A stretch of DNA of 64,000 bases from Candidatus Heimdallarchaeum aukensis (GTDB lineage: Archaea; Asgardarchaeota; Heimdallarchaeia; Heimdallarchaeales; Heimdallarchaeaceae), in NCBI GenBank assembly GCA_021513695.1, contig CP084166.1, positions 2,432,001 to 2,496,000 of the forward strand, in the 5' to 3' direction. The notes below the pieces were generated by a model. The model searched no databases. It was given only the letters and a program-made list of their open reading frames with translations, and was not told the origin of the DNA. Below, piece after piece: positions 1-10,314 of this stretch (positions are counted from its first letter, which is position 1; each line of letters starts with the position of its first letter). The translations under genes and the position numbers were made by a program.

Positions 1-1
1 G

Positions 2-943
2 GCTTTAATACTGAAAGATGCAATTAAACCTAATATTGTTCAGAATTTCGAAGGCGTTCCTGGTTTCATTCACTGTGGACCTTTTGCAAATATTGCTCAT
101 GGTAATAGCTCAATATTAGCAACTAAATTGGCTCTCAAACTAGCTGATTATGTAATAACTGAAGGAGGTTTTGCTGCAGACTTAGGATTTGAAAAATTCT
201 GTGATATAGTTGCTAGAAAATACAATACAATTCCTTCTGCAGTAGTGCTTGTAGCATCAATTAGAGCATTACACATCCATGGTGGAGCTCCATTCGAAAA
301 AGGATTTGAAAAGAACTTAGACGCTTTAGCAAAAGGAGTTGAAAATCTTGCTAAACACATAGACAATATGAAAAACAAGTTTAAAGTTCCTCCTGTTGTA
401 GCAATTAATCGATTCCCACAAGATGATGATGAAGAAATAGAATGGCTACGTAATTGGTGTATTGAACAAGGTGCAGAATTTGCAGTCTCTGAAGTGTTCT
501 CAAAAGGAGGAGAAGGTGGTATCGATCTCGCTAAAGCAGTTCTTGCTGCAATTGAAAAGGGAGAAAAACAACTAAACTACATCTATGAACTTGATGATCC
601 TGTAAAAGTGAAAATAGAAAAAATAGCGAAACAAGTTTATGGCGCTGATGGAGTAGAATATTCGCCAAAAGCTCTTGATGACATAAAACTTATTGAAAAA
701 CTAGGTTATGCTAATTTCCCAATTTGTATGGCTAAAACTCAGTTAAGTATAACTGATAAAACAGGTCTTTTAGGAGCTCCTACTGGCTGGAAATTGAATG
801 TTGATGAAGTTAGATTGTATACTGGAGCTCAATTCATTGTTCCTGTAGCAGGAAGAATGTTCTTGATGCCTGGGTTACCTCCAGTACCTGCTGCAGAGCG
901 TATGGATATTGATGAAAACGGTCATGTAGTTGGGTTGGAGTAA
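2..943 (+). CDS. fhs: formate--tetrahydrofolate ligase, C-terminal part (5' partial; reading frame enters at the window edge)
   Basis: The frame is open from position 2 and reads ...GVPGFIHCGPFANIAHGNSSILATKLALKLADYVITEGGF... This is the conserved FTHFS core; the listed ORF 128..943 is only the first internal Met. Confidence 0.85.
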   Translation, partial: ALILKDAIKPNIVQNFEGVPGFIHCGPFANIAHGNSSILATKLALKLADYVITEGGFAADLGFEKFCDIVARKYNTIPSAVVLVASIRALHIHGGAPFEKGFEKNLDALAKGVENLAKHIDNMKNKFKVPPVVAINRFPQDDDEEIEWLRNWCIEQGAEFAVSEVFSKGGEGGIDLAKAVLAAIEKGEKQLNYIYELDDPVKVKIEKIAKQVYGADGVEYSPKALDDIKLIEKLGYANFPICMAKTQLSITDKTGLLGAPTGWKLNVDEVRLYTGAQFIVPVAGRMFLMPGLPPVPAAERMDIDENGHVVGLE

Positions 944-982
944 TCTCTAATTTTTTTCTCTATTTCTTTTTTTTAGAAAATA

Positions 983-1993
983 TTAGATGTAAAATATGTT
1001 GTTTAGAATAATATAAACAAAATAAATAATTATATTTGAAACCCACAGTCCCCATGCAAGATTTTTTTTCCATTCAAAAATATAATTTCCATCGGATAAA
1101 GGAAATAAAGGCATAGCATGGAAGACAAGAAAACCAAAAATAAATACAACTAAAGCACTTGAAAATGAATATAAAGCGATGATAAAACTAGATGCAGGAT
1201 AAAAAGCTCGCAATAATGTGAAAATAGCTGCAATAATTTCCCATCCAAGCAACCATGAAACACCAGCTAAAGCAGTTATTCCATATTCTCTCCTTACAGG
1301 GTTGATATCATTTAGATGAATAATGTTTCCTTGTGTTCTTCTGAATAATCTTTTTTTGAGGATAAGTATTGATGGAGGTAGTATGAGAACAGGAAACACT
1401 ATTGAAAGTAACGATATCAAAAATGCTTGCAACCATAAAGCATTTCTCGCACTTACTCCAGCTCTTTTACCTACAACAAAATGTATTACTTCGTGTAATG
1501 AATAAGTTAACCCAATTCCAATGAAAATAGTGGGTAAAATAATAAGAATTGTATTTCTGTAGAATTGGAGATTGACAGTGAAATATAGAGAAAGAATAAT
1601 AGAAATAAAAACTGTAGGGATTAAGATGTTAAAGAAATTCTTATCAAACGAATAAAGGGTGAAAAAAGCTGATCTCGCCAGAAATCTATCTTTTTTTTCC
1701 AAGTAAGAAGACGTTCGTTTAATTTTTTTGTTTGACATATCAATAGGAAAAACTTTCTCTTTTTTCTCTTCAGTTATAATTTTTACAGGAGTAGTAGCTC
1801 TACTGACCTTTGATTTTTTGTATTCATCAGATTGAAAATAGTTTAATTTTATACAATTATGTTGTTCTGGAAGTCGGTGTTTTGAACAATAATAATTACC
1901 ACAGAGTTTACACTTAAAAGGCAGCATCTCTTCTTCATTGTTACAATTTGGATATGAACATCTGGATTTTGGCATCTTAATCCTCCTCTTCAC
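983..1993 (-). CDS. AN1-type zinc finger fused to a polytopic membrane domain carrying an HExxH motif (putative intramembrane zinc metalloprotease, M50/S2P-like)
   Basis: The N-terminus CSYPNCNNEEEMLPFKCKLCGNYYCSKHRLPEQHNC fits the AN1 C6H2 pattern. It is followed by about 6 predicted TM helices, one carrying SLHEVIHFVVG (HExxH). Its start overlaps the next gene by 17 nt. Confidence 0.5.
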   Translation of the reverse strand: MKRRIKMPKSRCSYPNCNNEEEMLPFKCKLCGNYYCSKHRLPEQHNCIKLNYFQSDEYKKSKVSRATTPVKIITEEKKEKVFPIDMSNKKIKRTSSYLEKKDRFLARSAFFTLYSFDKNFFNILIPTVFISIILSLYFTVNLQFYRNTILIILPTIFIGIGLTYSLHEVIHFVVGKRAGVSARNALWLQAFLISLLSIVFPVLILPPSILILKKRLFRRTQGNIIHLNDINPVRREYGITALAGVSWLLGWEIIAAIFTLLRAFYPASSFIIALYSFSSALVVFIFGFLVFHAMPLFPLSDGNYIFEWKKNLAWGLWVSNIIIYFVYIILNNIFYI

Positions 1994-3221
1994 TATCGCT
2001 CTTTAGTGTGATTTCACAAATACGATGTTCTGTTTTTTCTAAAGAAATATCTGTCTTACATGTTTCAGCAATCCATTTTTCACAATCGTTACACATTATA
2101 TTATCTGGATGCTTCCAGAAACCACAGACAAGTAAAAATTTTTCTTCATCAAAATAAAAATCATTGATAAAACTACACTTGTTAAAAAGTTGAATCAGTC
2201 TTATCATTGGGTCAAGTTCATAGTAAATATCTTTTCCAATTTCCTGGTTGATTAATTCAATTGTTTTTTCTCTTTCTTTTAATCCCATTTCTCTTATTGC
2301 TTGAGTGCTAGCATGAACTGCTTGTTCTCTTCCTGCTCCTTCACGACTAATTTGAAAAAGACATTCTTGAATATAACCATACTCTGAAGCACATCGTGTT
2401 TCTTCGCAGAAAATTTTATCTTCAAAGATATGTGAAAAAATTGTTTCTAACATCCCTTCGATAAACGAACAAGTTTTTGTAGCAATAACTCCTAAAGAAT
2501 CTGTCCAAATAGAGTTTCTAACTGCTATTGAAGCTACTTTCTCTTCTGGGTCCAAATGCATCAGTGAAAATTTACCCCACCTGGCAACAATAGGCGATTT
2601 TAGAATCTCTGTAATTTTATCACGAGGTTTTTTAGCATTCTTAATGCTGATAGTTTGTATAATCCTTTTTCCTACTTCTTTGCCAATTTTATCTAAAACT
2701 TGTGATATAGGGTCTTCTTCACCTTCAAATTGCCCATAAAATATCATTTGTAAAAGTACAGTAACCTTATCTCTAAGTTCCCTTAAAGTTGTTGCCAAAA
2801 AAGGAAATTCTTCAAGGGTTGGAGAAGTATAATTAACCACATTTAACAATTCTGGTGATTCTTTTAATTTTGTGATAGATCTTTCCATTTCATCTTCAGT
2901 TGAAGAAATCATCAAATATTCTGTAATTGTTGGGTCAAAAATAACAACAGAGAGCATGAATTCTTCTTTTCCTCCCCTCGCAAGAGGATTTGGCACAGAG
3001 AAAAACATACTTGAGTAAACTACATTTACCATTGCATTGACAAAGGCTTTCATTTCTTGTAAAAAATTGAAGTCCATTAACCGTGTAAGGCTTGCAGTAA
3101 TTCTATCATCTTTTATTTCTGCTATGTGGAAAAGAAGGCGTGGACCTAATCTTTGGTCAAAGTGAAAAAGCATCACGTTTATTCTGTCTAGAAGATCTTT
3201 TGGTTCACTCATATTCTCCAA
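1977..3221 (-). CDS. V4R (4-vinyl reductase) domain-containing protein, C-terminal Cys cluster
   Basis: The middle segment KTCSFIEGMLETIFSHIFEDKIFCEETRCASEYGYIQECLFQI matches the V4R consensus (C.f..G...G ... E..C..G..C.F). The C-terminus has CNDCEK/CK cysteines. Confidence 0.45.
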   Translation of the reverse strand: MENMSEPKDLLDRINVMLFHFDQRLGPRLLFHIAEIKDDRITASLTRLMDFNFLQEMKAFVNAMVNVVYSSMFFSVPNPLARGGKEEFMLSVVIFDPTITEYLMISSTEDEMERSITKLKESPELLNVVNYTSPTLEEFPFLATTLRELRDKVTVLLQMIFYGQFEGEEDPISQVLDKIGKEVGKRIIQTISIKNAKKPRDKITEILKSPIVARWGKFSLMHLDPEEKVASIAVRNSIWTDSLGVIATKTCSFIEGMLETIFSHIFEDKIFCEETRCASEYGYIQECLFQISREGAGREQAVHASTQAIREMGLKEREKTIELINQEIGKDIYYELDPMIRLIQLFNKCSFINDFYFDEEKFLLVCGFWKHPDNIMCNDCEKWIAETCKTDISLEKTEHRICEITLKSDSEEED

Positions 3222-3256
3222 CTTTCAGATGATTAATTTCACACTTCTTTTGCAGT

Positions 3257-4297
3257 TTATAGTTTTTTTGTATAAAGATATCCTATTGCAAATGCAGGAC
3301 TAAATTCTACTGAAACAAAATCACTGCCTTTTACTATTTTAATATTTGCAAATTCTTCATCTTGTGACAAATAGTCAAATAATAAGTCTGCTCCAATTCC
3401 AAAAAGAACTATCTTATCTAACCCATATGCTTTAAGCTTTTGTTGAATTGCATTTTTAATTATGTTTAATATCTTTTGAATAAGATTATCAGTAATTTTT
3501 TGTAAAATATCCATGTTCTCCTTATAATTTGAGATACAAAACATCTTGCTTACATTTCTGTAGGCATTTTCTCTAATTTGATCAAGAGTTAAATTTGTGT
3601 CAGTTTGGGAAGTATGTAGATCATTTGAGATAAAGAAAAGATCTTCTGTTCTAGCATGAGGAAAAGAAGGAAGGTAGATTTTTTTACCATCAAAAATAAA
3701 TGGATTCTCGATATTTACTAAATTTGTTTCTAAAGTTCCAATAAACAATAGTTCATCATTTAACATTCTCTCATAATTATTTCTAGAATTTGCAGCATAT
3801 TTCCCTTCCTTTACAGGAGCTAGTGAAAAAGTTCTAGTCGAAAATTCTATAGCAAGAAAATCTTCTTTAACAAAATCATAAGCTGCTTCTGCTAAAGCTT
3901 TCCAACCAGCTGACACAACTTTGGAAGGGTTTTTCTCTGCTTCATCTGGAGATAGAAATGAATTATCCAAAGAATAATAACTTACATTATTTACGTATTT
4001 GTTAACAATTTTGCCAATAAAGGATACTGCTTCTTGATCAGAATCAAAAACAGGCTCTGCAGAAGTGGTTAATATGAAATCCCTGATTCCAAAGTCGCTA
4101 TATGAACGTAGAAGAGACTTAATAAAAGTTTCAAATTCATCTTTTTTCTTATTTAGAGAAAAAAGAATTCTCTGATAACTTAAAGGTGAATCAGGTTGGG
4201 AAGGGTCTATTACGCAAATTTTCTGTGTTGTGATTCCAATATCCAAGACTGCTATAGCATTATGTGATGTAAAAAAAGTAGAATTTGTGATATTCAT
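3257..4297 (-). CDS. ASKHA-fold (actin/sugar-kinase/Hsp70 superfamily) ATPase, hydantoinase/BadF-like
   Basis: The N-terminal AIAVLDIGITTQKI phosphate-1 motif is followed by a second glycine-rich motif IVLFGIGADLL near the C-terminus. No specific family could be assigned by eye. Confidence 0.4.
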   Translation of the reverse strand: MNITNSTFFTSHNAIAVLDIGITTQKICVIDPSQPDSPLSYQRILFSLNKKKDEFETFIKSLLRSYSDFGIRDFILTTSAEPVFDSDQEAVSFIGKIVNKYVNNVSYYSLDNSFLSPDEAEKNPSKVVSAGWKALAEAAYDFVKEDFLAIEFSTRTFSLAPVKEGKYAANSRNNYERMLNDELLFIGTLETNLVNIENPFIFDGKKIYLPSFPHARTEDLFFISNDLHTSQTDTNLTLDQIRENAYRNVSKMFCISNYKENMDILQKITDNLIQKILNIIKNAIQQKLKAYGLDKIVLFGIGADLLFDYLSQDEEFANIKIVKGSDFVSVEFSPAFAIGYLYTKKL

Positions 4298-4374
4298 TTA
4301 TATTTCTCCTTAACTTTATTTTAAAATGCTATACACGTTATTAAAAATAAGTTTTTGTTTAGTCTTTTTCATCC

Positions 4375-5019
4375 TCATCTATTTCTAAAAATCACTCCCT
4401 CTGGCTCGTCATCTTGTTGTTCTATTTTCGTTTTTTTCAGCTTTTTTTCGTTTACCTTGACATTCTTCAGATAAGTTTTATCTCCAACTAGTTTTGCTTT
4501 TGGATATATGTTTGAAATAGCTTGACAAATTTCAGCTAGTTTTCTATCCTCAATATATTCTCCTAAAAAGAATTCTTTTCCTTCTCTGGTATAAATGAGA
4601 AGCATACCTTTATTTTTATGTTTTCGAAGATCTAGCGATAACTTTCTAGGAATTCTTGACATACCATACCTTCTTATTTCAACAAGAGGTAAATTATTTT
4701 TTCTTATTCTAAATCCTGTTACAAGCATAGGAGTGGATCTATAAACTAAGTGCTTATCTTTTGTTATCTTAATAAAATCACGAGGATATGAAATCTCTTT
4801 AAACAAGCGATTAATGAAAATAATTGAAGGTATGATGATTACAACTATTGCTATAACCCAATCACCTATATTTGCTGATTTGAAATATACAACTGTTGCA
4901 ACAAACGCTCCTATCATTATAAATGTTGAAACAAGATTAAGAATGAAATCCTTCCAACCAAATCTCTTAGCTTGAACTTTAATTAATGCTTCATCTTCTT
5001 TTTTTGCCATTTTAATCAC
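4375..5019 (-). CDS. membrane-anchored bacterial-type PH (bPH_2/YdbS-like) domain protein
   Basis: Two N-terminal TM helices are followed by a domain with the YdbS-like pattern (LVYRSTPMLVTGFRIRKNNLPLVEIRRYGMSR...KGMLLIYTREG). Its start overlaps the downstream gene by 4 nt. Confidence 0.45.
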   Translation of the reverse strand: MIKMAKKEDEALIKVQAKRFGWKDFILNLVSTFIMIGAFVATVVYFKSANIGDWVIAIVVIIIPSIIFINRLFKEISYPRDFIKITKDKHLVYRSTPMLVTGFRIRKNNLPLVEIRRYGMSRIPRKLSLDLRKHKNKGMLLIYTREGKEFFLGEYIEDRKLAEICQAISNIYPKAKLVGDKTYLKNVKVNEKKLKKTKIEQQDDEPEGVIFRNR

Positions 5020-6032
5020 ATTTTCTTGTTAAAATCATTAACTAGTTTTACAATAAGGTCTAAACTTTCTTCTTCTACATCAAGAGGGATCACACAACCA
5101 GGAGCTAAAATGTTTCTCTTTATTTCCGCAGTCACTTCTAAACTTTTTATTATATTATTAATTATCTCTTCTTTATTTCCTTCGACTAATATTTCCTCGT
5201 TAATCCCTGCGAGGAAACCCCTTTTTTTTGTGATCTCACTTGCCTCTGAAAGAGATGGCCAAGTAAGCTGGTCATGCCAATTGTATGCGTGTGTTATTAT
5301 CCTCTCTGTTGCCTCTCTAAATAGAATGTTTTCTCCATGAATATGAAATACTGTTATTGGAGACTTTTTTCTTACACGTTTTATCAACTTCTCGATAAAA
5401 AACAACTCAAATTTATTTATTTCCTTATTAGTTAGTGAGCTAGGTCTTAGATGCTGTGAGGCAATAAATAAACCCTCAGCTCCAAAATCAAGAGAAGCCA
5501 TAGAAAATTCAGAAATAACCTCATAGAGAATATTTAATGCTTCAAAAATAATTTTAGGTTCTCTCTTGATGTGTTCCTCTATATTTCTATCCAATTTTGA
5601 AGCAACCATTAATGGGCTAAAAATAGTATTAATTTTGGGTAAAAATTCTAACTTTCTATTAATTAACTCGACTACGCGAAGTTGTTTACCAAATTCTCCA
5701 TCGTTCACGTCAACTTGTTCAATATTTTCCCAATCTTCGATTTTTGTTATTACTGGTTTAACACATCGCGTTGAACCACTCACAGGATCATATTCATCAG
5801 CTATTTGACATCCAAAGTCAACACAAGGATAACGTCCATGAAGAGAGATTTTCATTAAATCAAAGTTGAAACGATTGTAATAGTCAATATGTGCTTTGGC
5901 TAACTTGTCTGGGTCGAGATCGATTAAAGGAAAATGTCGCCAAAAAGAGAAAAGAATTCTTTCATCGTTTAAACCTGAAAAGGTGTCTAGAACTAGCTGC
6001 AGTTTATCCACTAGAAATCCCTCGGTTTGCAT
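5016..6032 (-). CDS. uroporphyrinogen decarboxylase (URO-D) superfamily protein, MtaA/CmuA-like methyltransferase-type
   Basis: It is about 340 aa with URO-D-like spacing of conserved aromatic and acidic residues (FWRHFPLIDLD, ITVFHIHGENILFREA, APGCVIPLDV). It is in an operon with the following PK_C-like gene, with a 22-nt overlap. Confidence 0.55.
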   Translation of the reverse strand: MQTEGFLVDKLQLVLDTFSGLNDERILFSFWRHFPLIDLDPDKLAKAHIDYYNRFNFDLMKISLHGRYPCVDFGCQIADEYDPVSGSTRCVKPVITKIEDWENIEQVDVNDGEFGKQLRVVELINRKLEFLPKINTIFSPLMVASKLDRNIEEHIKREPKIIFEALNILYEVISEFSMASLDFGAEGLFIASQHLRPSSLTNKEINKFELFFIEKLIKRVRKKSPITVFHIHGENILFREATERIITHAYNWHDQLTWPSLSEASEITKKRGFLAGINEEILVEGNKEEIINNIIKSLEVTAEIKRNILAPGCVIPLDVEEESLDLIVKLVNDFNKKM

Positions 6033-6562
6033 AATAGTTCTTTCATACGTAGGTCAAAGAATGTGCTTGTATGTGCAGGTTTAATTACCCAAGCAGTATC
6101 AGCTCCTCTTCCTGTTCCGCCTACAGAAATGACATCTTCCATTTTTATTAATCCTGCATCAGCAGCCATTAAAACTATCTCTGCTGCAACTTTTGTTCCT
6201 TGACCAAAAATGCGAAGGGTTTCAGCAATTAATTCCGAAATTTGCCAAGTACCATGCTTTTTTCGAATAGCTCTATCAATTCCCGCTAAAGCATGAGTAG
6301 CAGTTAATACTTCAACTCCTTTTTCTTTTAATGATATAATCATCTCTTCAGAGATCTCCATCTCTCCTGGAGAACGAAAACCAGCTTGATGTGTAACAGC
6401 AATAATTCTAGCATTTTTAACATTCTCAGCAGCATATAACGCAGTCTGGCCTTTTGTAGTAGCTACAATAACAGTATCAATTGAGCTTTCTTTTAGTTTC
6501 TGATTAACAATTTCGAAAACCTTCTCTGAATAATTTCCTGTTTTTTCAAAATATACTGTCAT
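6011..6562 (-). CDS. pyruvate kinase alpha/beta (PK_C-like) domain protein
   Basis: This 183-aa protein has IDTVIVATTKGQTA...ARIIAVTHQAG...VLTATHALAGI...AAEIVLMAADAG, typical of stand-alone archaeal PK C-terminal-domain proteins. Confidence 0.55.
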   Translation of the reverse strand: MTVYFEKTGNYSEKVFEIVNQKLKESSIDTVIVATTKGQTALYAAENVKNARIIAVTHQAGFRSPGEMEISEEMIISLKEKGVEVLTATHALAGIDRAIRKKHGTWQISELIAETLRIFGQGTKVAAEIVLMAADAGLIKMEDVISVGGTGRGADTAWVIKPAHTSTFFDLRMKELLCKPRDF

Positions 6563-6654
6563 TAAATAAAATAAAAAAAATTGTTTTATAAAGTTTCTAT
6601 AAAATTATTTTATTTCTGAGAAGATATATAAATAACTATTTTATTAGTTAAATT

Positions 6655-7071
6655 GTGGTAAATGTGTCGATGTCATTTGAAATTAATGAAGCAAAGTATA
6701 ATCCTTTGAAATTATCAGTAAGAAAAATAATCATACCAAAAGGCCAAGAAGAAATCATTGATAGATTAAAAGGTTGTATCTCTGCAGCATTAATAGGGTT
6801 ATCAAAAGAAGTAATTTACACACTGTTAATATTAGCAAAACGTGAATGGGAAAAAGCAAATATGAAACCATTAAATGATTTCAGATTTATGCATGTCAAT
6901 GAAAGAATCAAAGCGTTTGATGAAATGATAAAAACATTCATAGTACATTTAAACACTGTTTTGGTAAACCCATTAGATGAGAGTCAACAAGAATTTCTAA
7001 GAAAGAATGCTCTAACAAATTATAAAGATATACTAGAAACAGAAGGATACGTTGTTACCTATGAAATTTGA
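6655..7071 (+). CDS. hypothetical protein
   Basis: This 138-aa ORF has coding-like composition and no recognisable motif. Confidence 0.3.
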   Translation: MVNVSMSFEINEAKYNPLKLSVRKIIIPKGQEEIIDRLKGCISAALIGLSKEVIYTLLILAKREWEKANMKPLNDFRFMHVNERIKAFDEMIKTFIVHLNTVLVNPLDESQQEFLRKNALTNYKDILETEGYVVTYEI

Positions 7072-7167
7072 TTTAAAAAAAGTTAAGTTATTTATTGTTC
7101 CAATCTATTAAAGGAAAAATACTGAAATTTGGGAAAAGCATAAATAATAAATTTCTTTTAAACTTGT

Positions 7168-9786
7168 ATGAAACTAAAGAAATTTATGGTATTTTTAGTT
7201 ATTCTATCTATTCTAACGATAAATTTTACTCTTCTACAAGGTATGGCTGACACACCACAAAATATTCTGATTTTATCGGAAGAAATAGATGATTCTCTAA
7301 AGGATAGATTTCAACTTGATCCTTCCTTTTCTGTAACTATACAATCACAACTCACAGGTTCACTTGATGGTTATTCTGGAATAATCTTGTATGATTATGC
7401 TCCTAAAAGTTCAGAATATAACCAAATTTTATCTTTCTCTGGGGGTATTGCTAGTTTCATTGGTGCTTCATTATTGTCTAACAGCTCAATTTTACTTGGT
7501 CTAAATATGATATCGGACTCTGTTGGAGAATTAATTAATACAACAGCTCTTCCAGAACCAATAGATCAAAAATCAGAACATGAACTCATAGCAAATATTA
7601 GATGGAACTCTGTTGTTCAAATTAGAAACTTTACGAGCTTACCACTGGCAAACACAATTCTAATTGAAACTTCTTCAGAAAGTAAAACACCAAACATTCC
7701 ACTTGTTAGTACTAATAATGATAATTCACGTATAGCTATTAATTTTCTTCCCAGTGAGCAGGCAAATAGCGAATTTATCCAATGGCCCTATTTTAATTAC
7801 TTCTTAAACATAATACTTAATCTAATTACGTCACAAAAACCACAATCTTACGCAGATTGGCCTTATTCTCCTGTTCCACATAAGTCAGCAACGATAGGTT
7901 TGGGTTTAATGGTATTACTCACTTCAGCTATCACTATTGCTGTGTATATTTTTGTAAAACGCTATTCCTCTAGGAACCCTATCAAAGAAGAAGACTTAGA
8001 AGAAATAAGTAAGGAAATAAAAGAAGAAAAAGACTGGGAAGATATTGGAATGCATAGACAGTTGGCAGGTTTCTTTGTCCAACTGTTTATTGGTTTGCTT
8101 ATAATTCTCCCCAATGTTGTTATGTCTTCTCTAATTTTTCCTCTCTACATTCTTCCAAGTCCTCAAGCAGCAGGATTTTATGATTTTACAATTCGGTTTT
8201 TTGAAGTATTATGGTTGATGTTTGATATTGGTACCTCTGTTGTACTCGTGAAATTCTTTAGTCAACATAGAGTAAAAAACCCACAACAAGCAGTAAAATA
8301 TATTCAAATTTTTATTTATTATCAGATGATTAGTGGGGTACTTCAACTCTTCTTAGTTTCCTTTATTGGTTCAATTTTCTTTCCTCGTTCCTTCTTAGCT
8401 CATTTAAGCTGGCTCTTTGTGACCCATGCTTTCTTCCAGTGGCCTGCGTTTTTTGTTGTTTTCATGCTAATTTTCCAAGCAATGAATCGACATGACATGT
8501 ATCAGATTCTCAACATTCTCCTATATGGAGTATTCAATATCACAATTCAGTATGGTGTTATAGTTATTTTTAGAGTTACTCTAGGAAAAAATCCTATTTT
8601 TGGTGATGGTTTAGCTGGAGCAATTGGATACAGTGTTGGAAATTATGTGATACAAGTAGTTACATTTCTTTTAGGACTATGGATGTTTAAACGCCAAAAA
8701 TTCTCTCTCAAAAGTATATTCAGAATCGATTTTTCTATGGCCGAGATTAAGGAGTCTCTAAGTTTCGGTTTTAAGTGGATGATAGGAAATATTCTTCCTC
8801 CATTAGGTTGGTTTGCGCAAATGTTTCTCCTTTCAACTTTTCTCCCTAACTATACTGAACAACAAGGTTATTTCTCTCTTGCATGGAATTTTGCATTAAT
8901 AGTCATGATAGCTGGGTTGTTTGCACAATCAATTTTACCTGGAGTTTCAGAATCATATCATGGAAAGAAAAAAGTACTAACAAGATACTACACACTAAAC
9001 TCTTTGAAGTGGGGAGCATACTTTGACTGGTTCTTTGTTTCTGCGCTATTAGCTATTGGTCCTCGTTTCATCATAGGAGGAGCGGGAGAAGAATGGGCTT
9101 CTGCAGCAATTATTATACGGTGGATACTCTTATTCCATTTCTTTGGATATTTATCTTGGATTGGAGATTGGATGTTTGCAGGTTCTGATCGTCCTGGTTG
9201 GGCTGCAATAAGTTGGGTAATAGAACAAGTAATAAGAACAGGATTACTTGTTGCGTTCATTCCAGCATATAAATTCTTTACAATTCACTTCAATTCTCCT
9301 ATGATTGGAGTACTTTTTGCATATATTCCCGCTCTAATTATAAAGAATGCATTTATGTGGTGGGGTATACGTAGAGACGACTTTTTCAAGTTCAGATGGA
9401 AAGACCTCTGGTATCAAGGTGTAGTAACTCCTTTACTTTCTGCTCTAGCATTGTTTAGTGTACTTGAACTACTATTTACAGTAATTTGGAAAGGAGAGAT
9501 AATTACATCAGTCGTAATTCTGTTAATTGGAATAATACCAGGACTTTACCTTTTTGCGTTCTTTATGGGACTATTCGGTGGATTTGATGATAACACATTA
9601 ACAGAACTCAAGAGAAGTACAGATATGGTTAAAGGAGTAGGATTTATGGCTAGACCCCTTTACAAACTTACAGAATGGGGGACGAAGATTTCTCCACTTC
9701 ATAACAGATTCCCTATCTCTATATACAATGAGGCCATTAAAGAAGCAGAGGAATTAACAAAAGAAAAAGCTAAACTCGTAATATAG
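7168..9786 (+). CDS. large polytopic membrane protein; N-terminal signal peptide plus extracytoplasmic domain, C-terminal MOP/Wzx-like (polysaccharide-biosynthesis flippase-like) 12-14 TM core
   Basis: A signal peptide (MKLKKFMVFLVILSILTI) and a ~230-aa soluble domain are followed by many TM helices whose C-terminal half has the Polysacc_synt_C-like pattern (GFKWMIGNILPPLGWFAQ ... AAIIIRWILLFHFFGYL). Confidence 0.4.
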   Translation: MKLKKFMVFLVILSILTINFTLLQGMADTPQNILILSEEIDDSLKDRFQLDPSFSVTIQSQLTGSLDGYSGIILYDYAPKSSEYNQILSFSGGIASFIGASLLSNSSILLGLNMISDSVGELINTTALPEPIDQKSEHELIANIRWNSVVQIRNFTSLPLANTILIETSSESKTPNIPLVSTNNDNSRIAINFLPSEQANSEFIQWPYFNYFLNIILNLITSQKPQSYADWPYSPVPHKSATIGLGLMVLLTSAITIAVYIFVKRYSSRNPIKEEDLEEISKEIKEEKDWEDIGMHRQLAGFFVQLFIGLLIILPNVVMSSLIFPLYILPSPQAAGFYDFTIRFFEVLWLMFDIGTSVVLVKFFSQHRVKNPQQAVKYIQIFIYYQMISGVLQLFLVSFIGSIFFPRSFLAHLSWLFVTHAFFQWPAFFVVFMLIFQAMNRHDMYQILNILLYGVFNITIQYGVIVIFRVTLGKNPIFGDGLAGAIGYSVGNYVIQVVTFLLGLWMFKRQKFSLKSIFRIDFSMAEIKESLSFGFKWMIGNILPPLGWFAQMFLLSTFLPNYTEQQGYFSLAWNFALIVMIAGLFAQSILPGVSESYHGKKKVLTRYYTLNSLKWGAYFDWFFVSALLAIGPRFIIGGAGEEWASAAIIIRWILLFHFFGYLSWIGDWMFAGSDRPGWAAISWVIEQVIRTGLLVAFIPAYKFFTIHFNSPMIGVLFAYIPALIIKNAFMWWGIRRDDFFKFRWKDLWYQGVVTPLLSALALFSVLELLFTVIWKGEIITSVVILLIGIIPGLYLFAFFMGLFGGFDDNTLTELKRSTDMVKGVGFMARPLYKLTEWGTKISPLHNRFPISIYNEAIKEAEELTKEKAKLVI

Positions 9787-9789
9787 CCA

Positions 9790-10263
9790 CTATATTTTTT
9801 TACTTTTATTTTTTTTATATTTTAGAATTGTTTGTTTTACCCAATTTTCGACCTCTTGATCATTTAACAATTCGTCACAATAATCCCAATATTCTCCTGC
9901 TAAAAGTCCCATCAGAGCAATTTTTTTGAATTTGCTAGGTTTTTTTGGTGTCAATACAAACAAGAAAAGGTATCTTGCTGCTTTATTTCTTATTTTTTTA
10001 ATATCTACATTATCTGAAAAAATTATTTCCTCATCTCGTATAGTTACAGCAACATCAGCACTCATAGTAGTTAAATTAGCTATCTTAACTAAAGAGAGTA
10101 AAGCATAATTTCGTATCCAATCTATGCGAGAAAAAGTTAATGCATGGTGATAAAGAGAAGAAACACAACCATTTTTTATTAACTCTCGCATAGCTTGTTT
10201 CCTTGTTTTGTCTCCTGATGAAGGTCTTACAATTAACTCATCAAACTCTTTACAATTGTTCAT
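9790..10263 (-). CDS. hypothetical protein
   Basis: This 157-aa ORF is probably alpha-helical. No motif was found. Confidence 0.3.
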   Translation of the reverse strand: MNNCKEFDELIVRPSSGDKTRKQAMRELIKNGCVSSLYHHALTFSRIDWIRNYALLSLVKIANLTTMSADVAVTIRDEEIIFSDNVDIKKIRNKAARYLFLFVLTPKKPSKFKKIALMGLLAGEYWDYCDELLNDQEVENWVKQTILKYKKNKSKKI

Positions 10264-10314
10264 TGTTATTAGTTGATTTTTTAAAAAGATAAAAGTTGCT
10301 GTGGAATAGAATAA

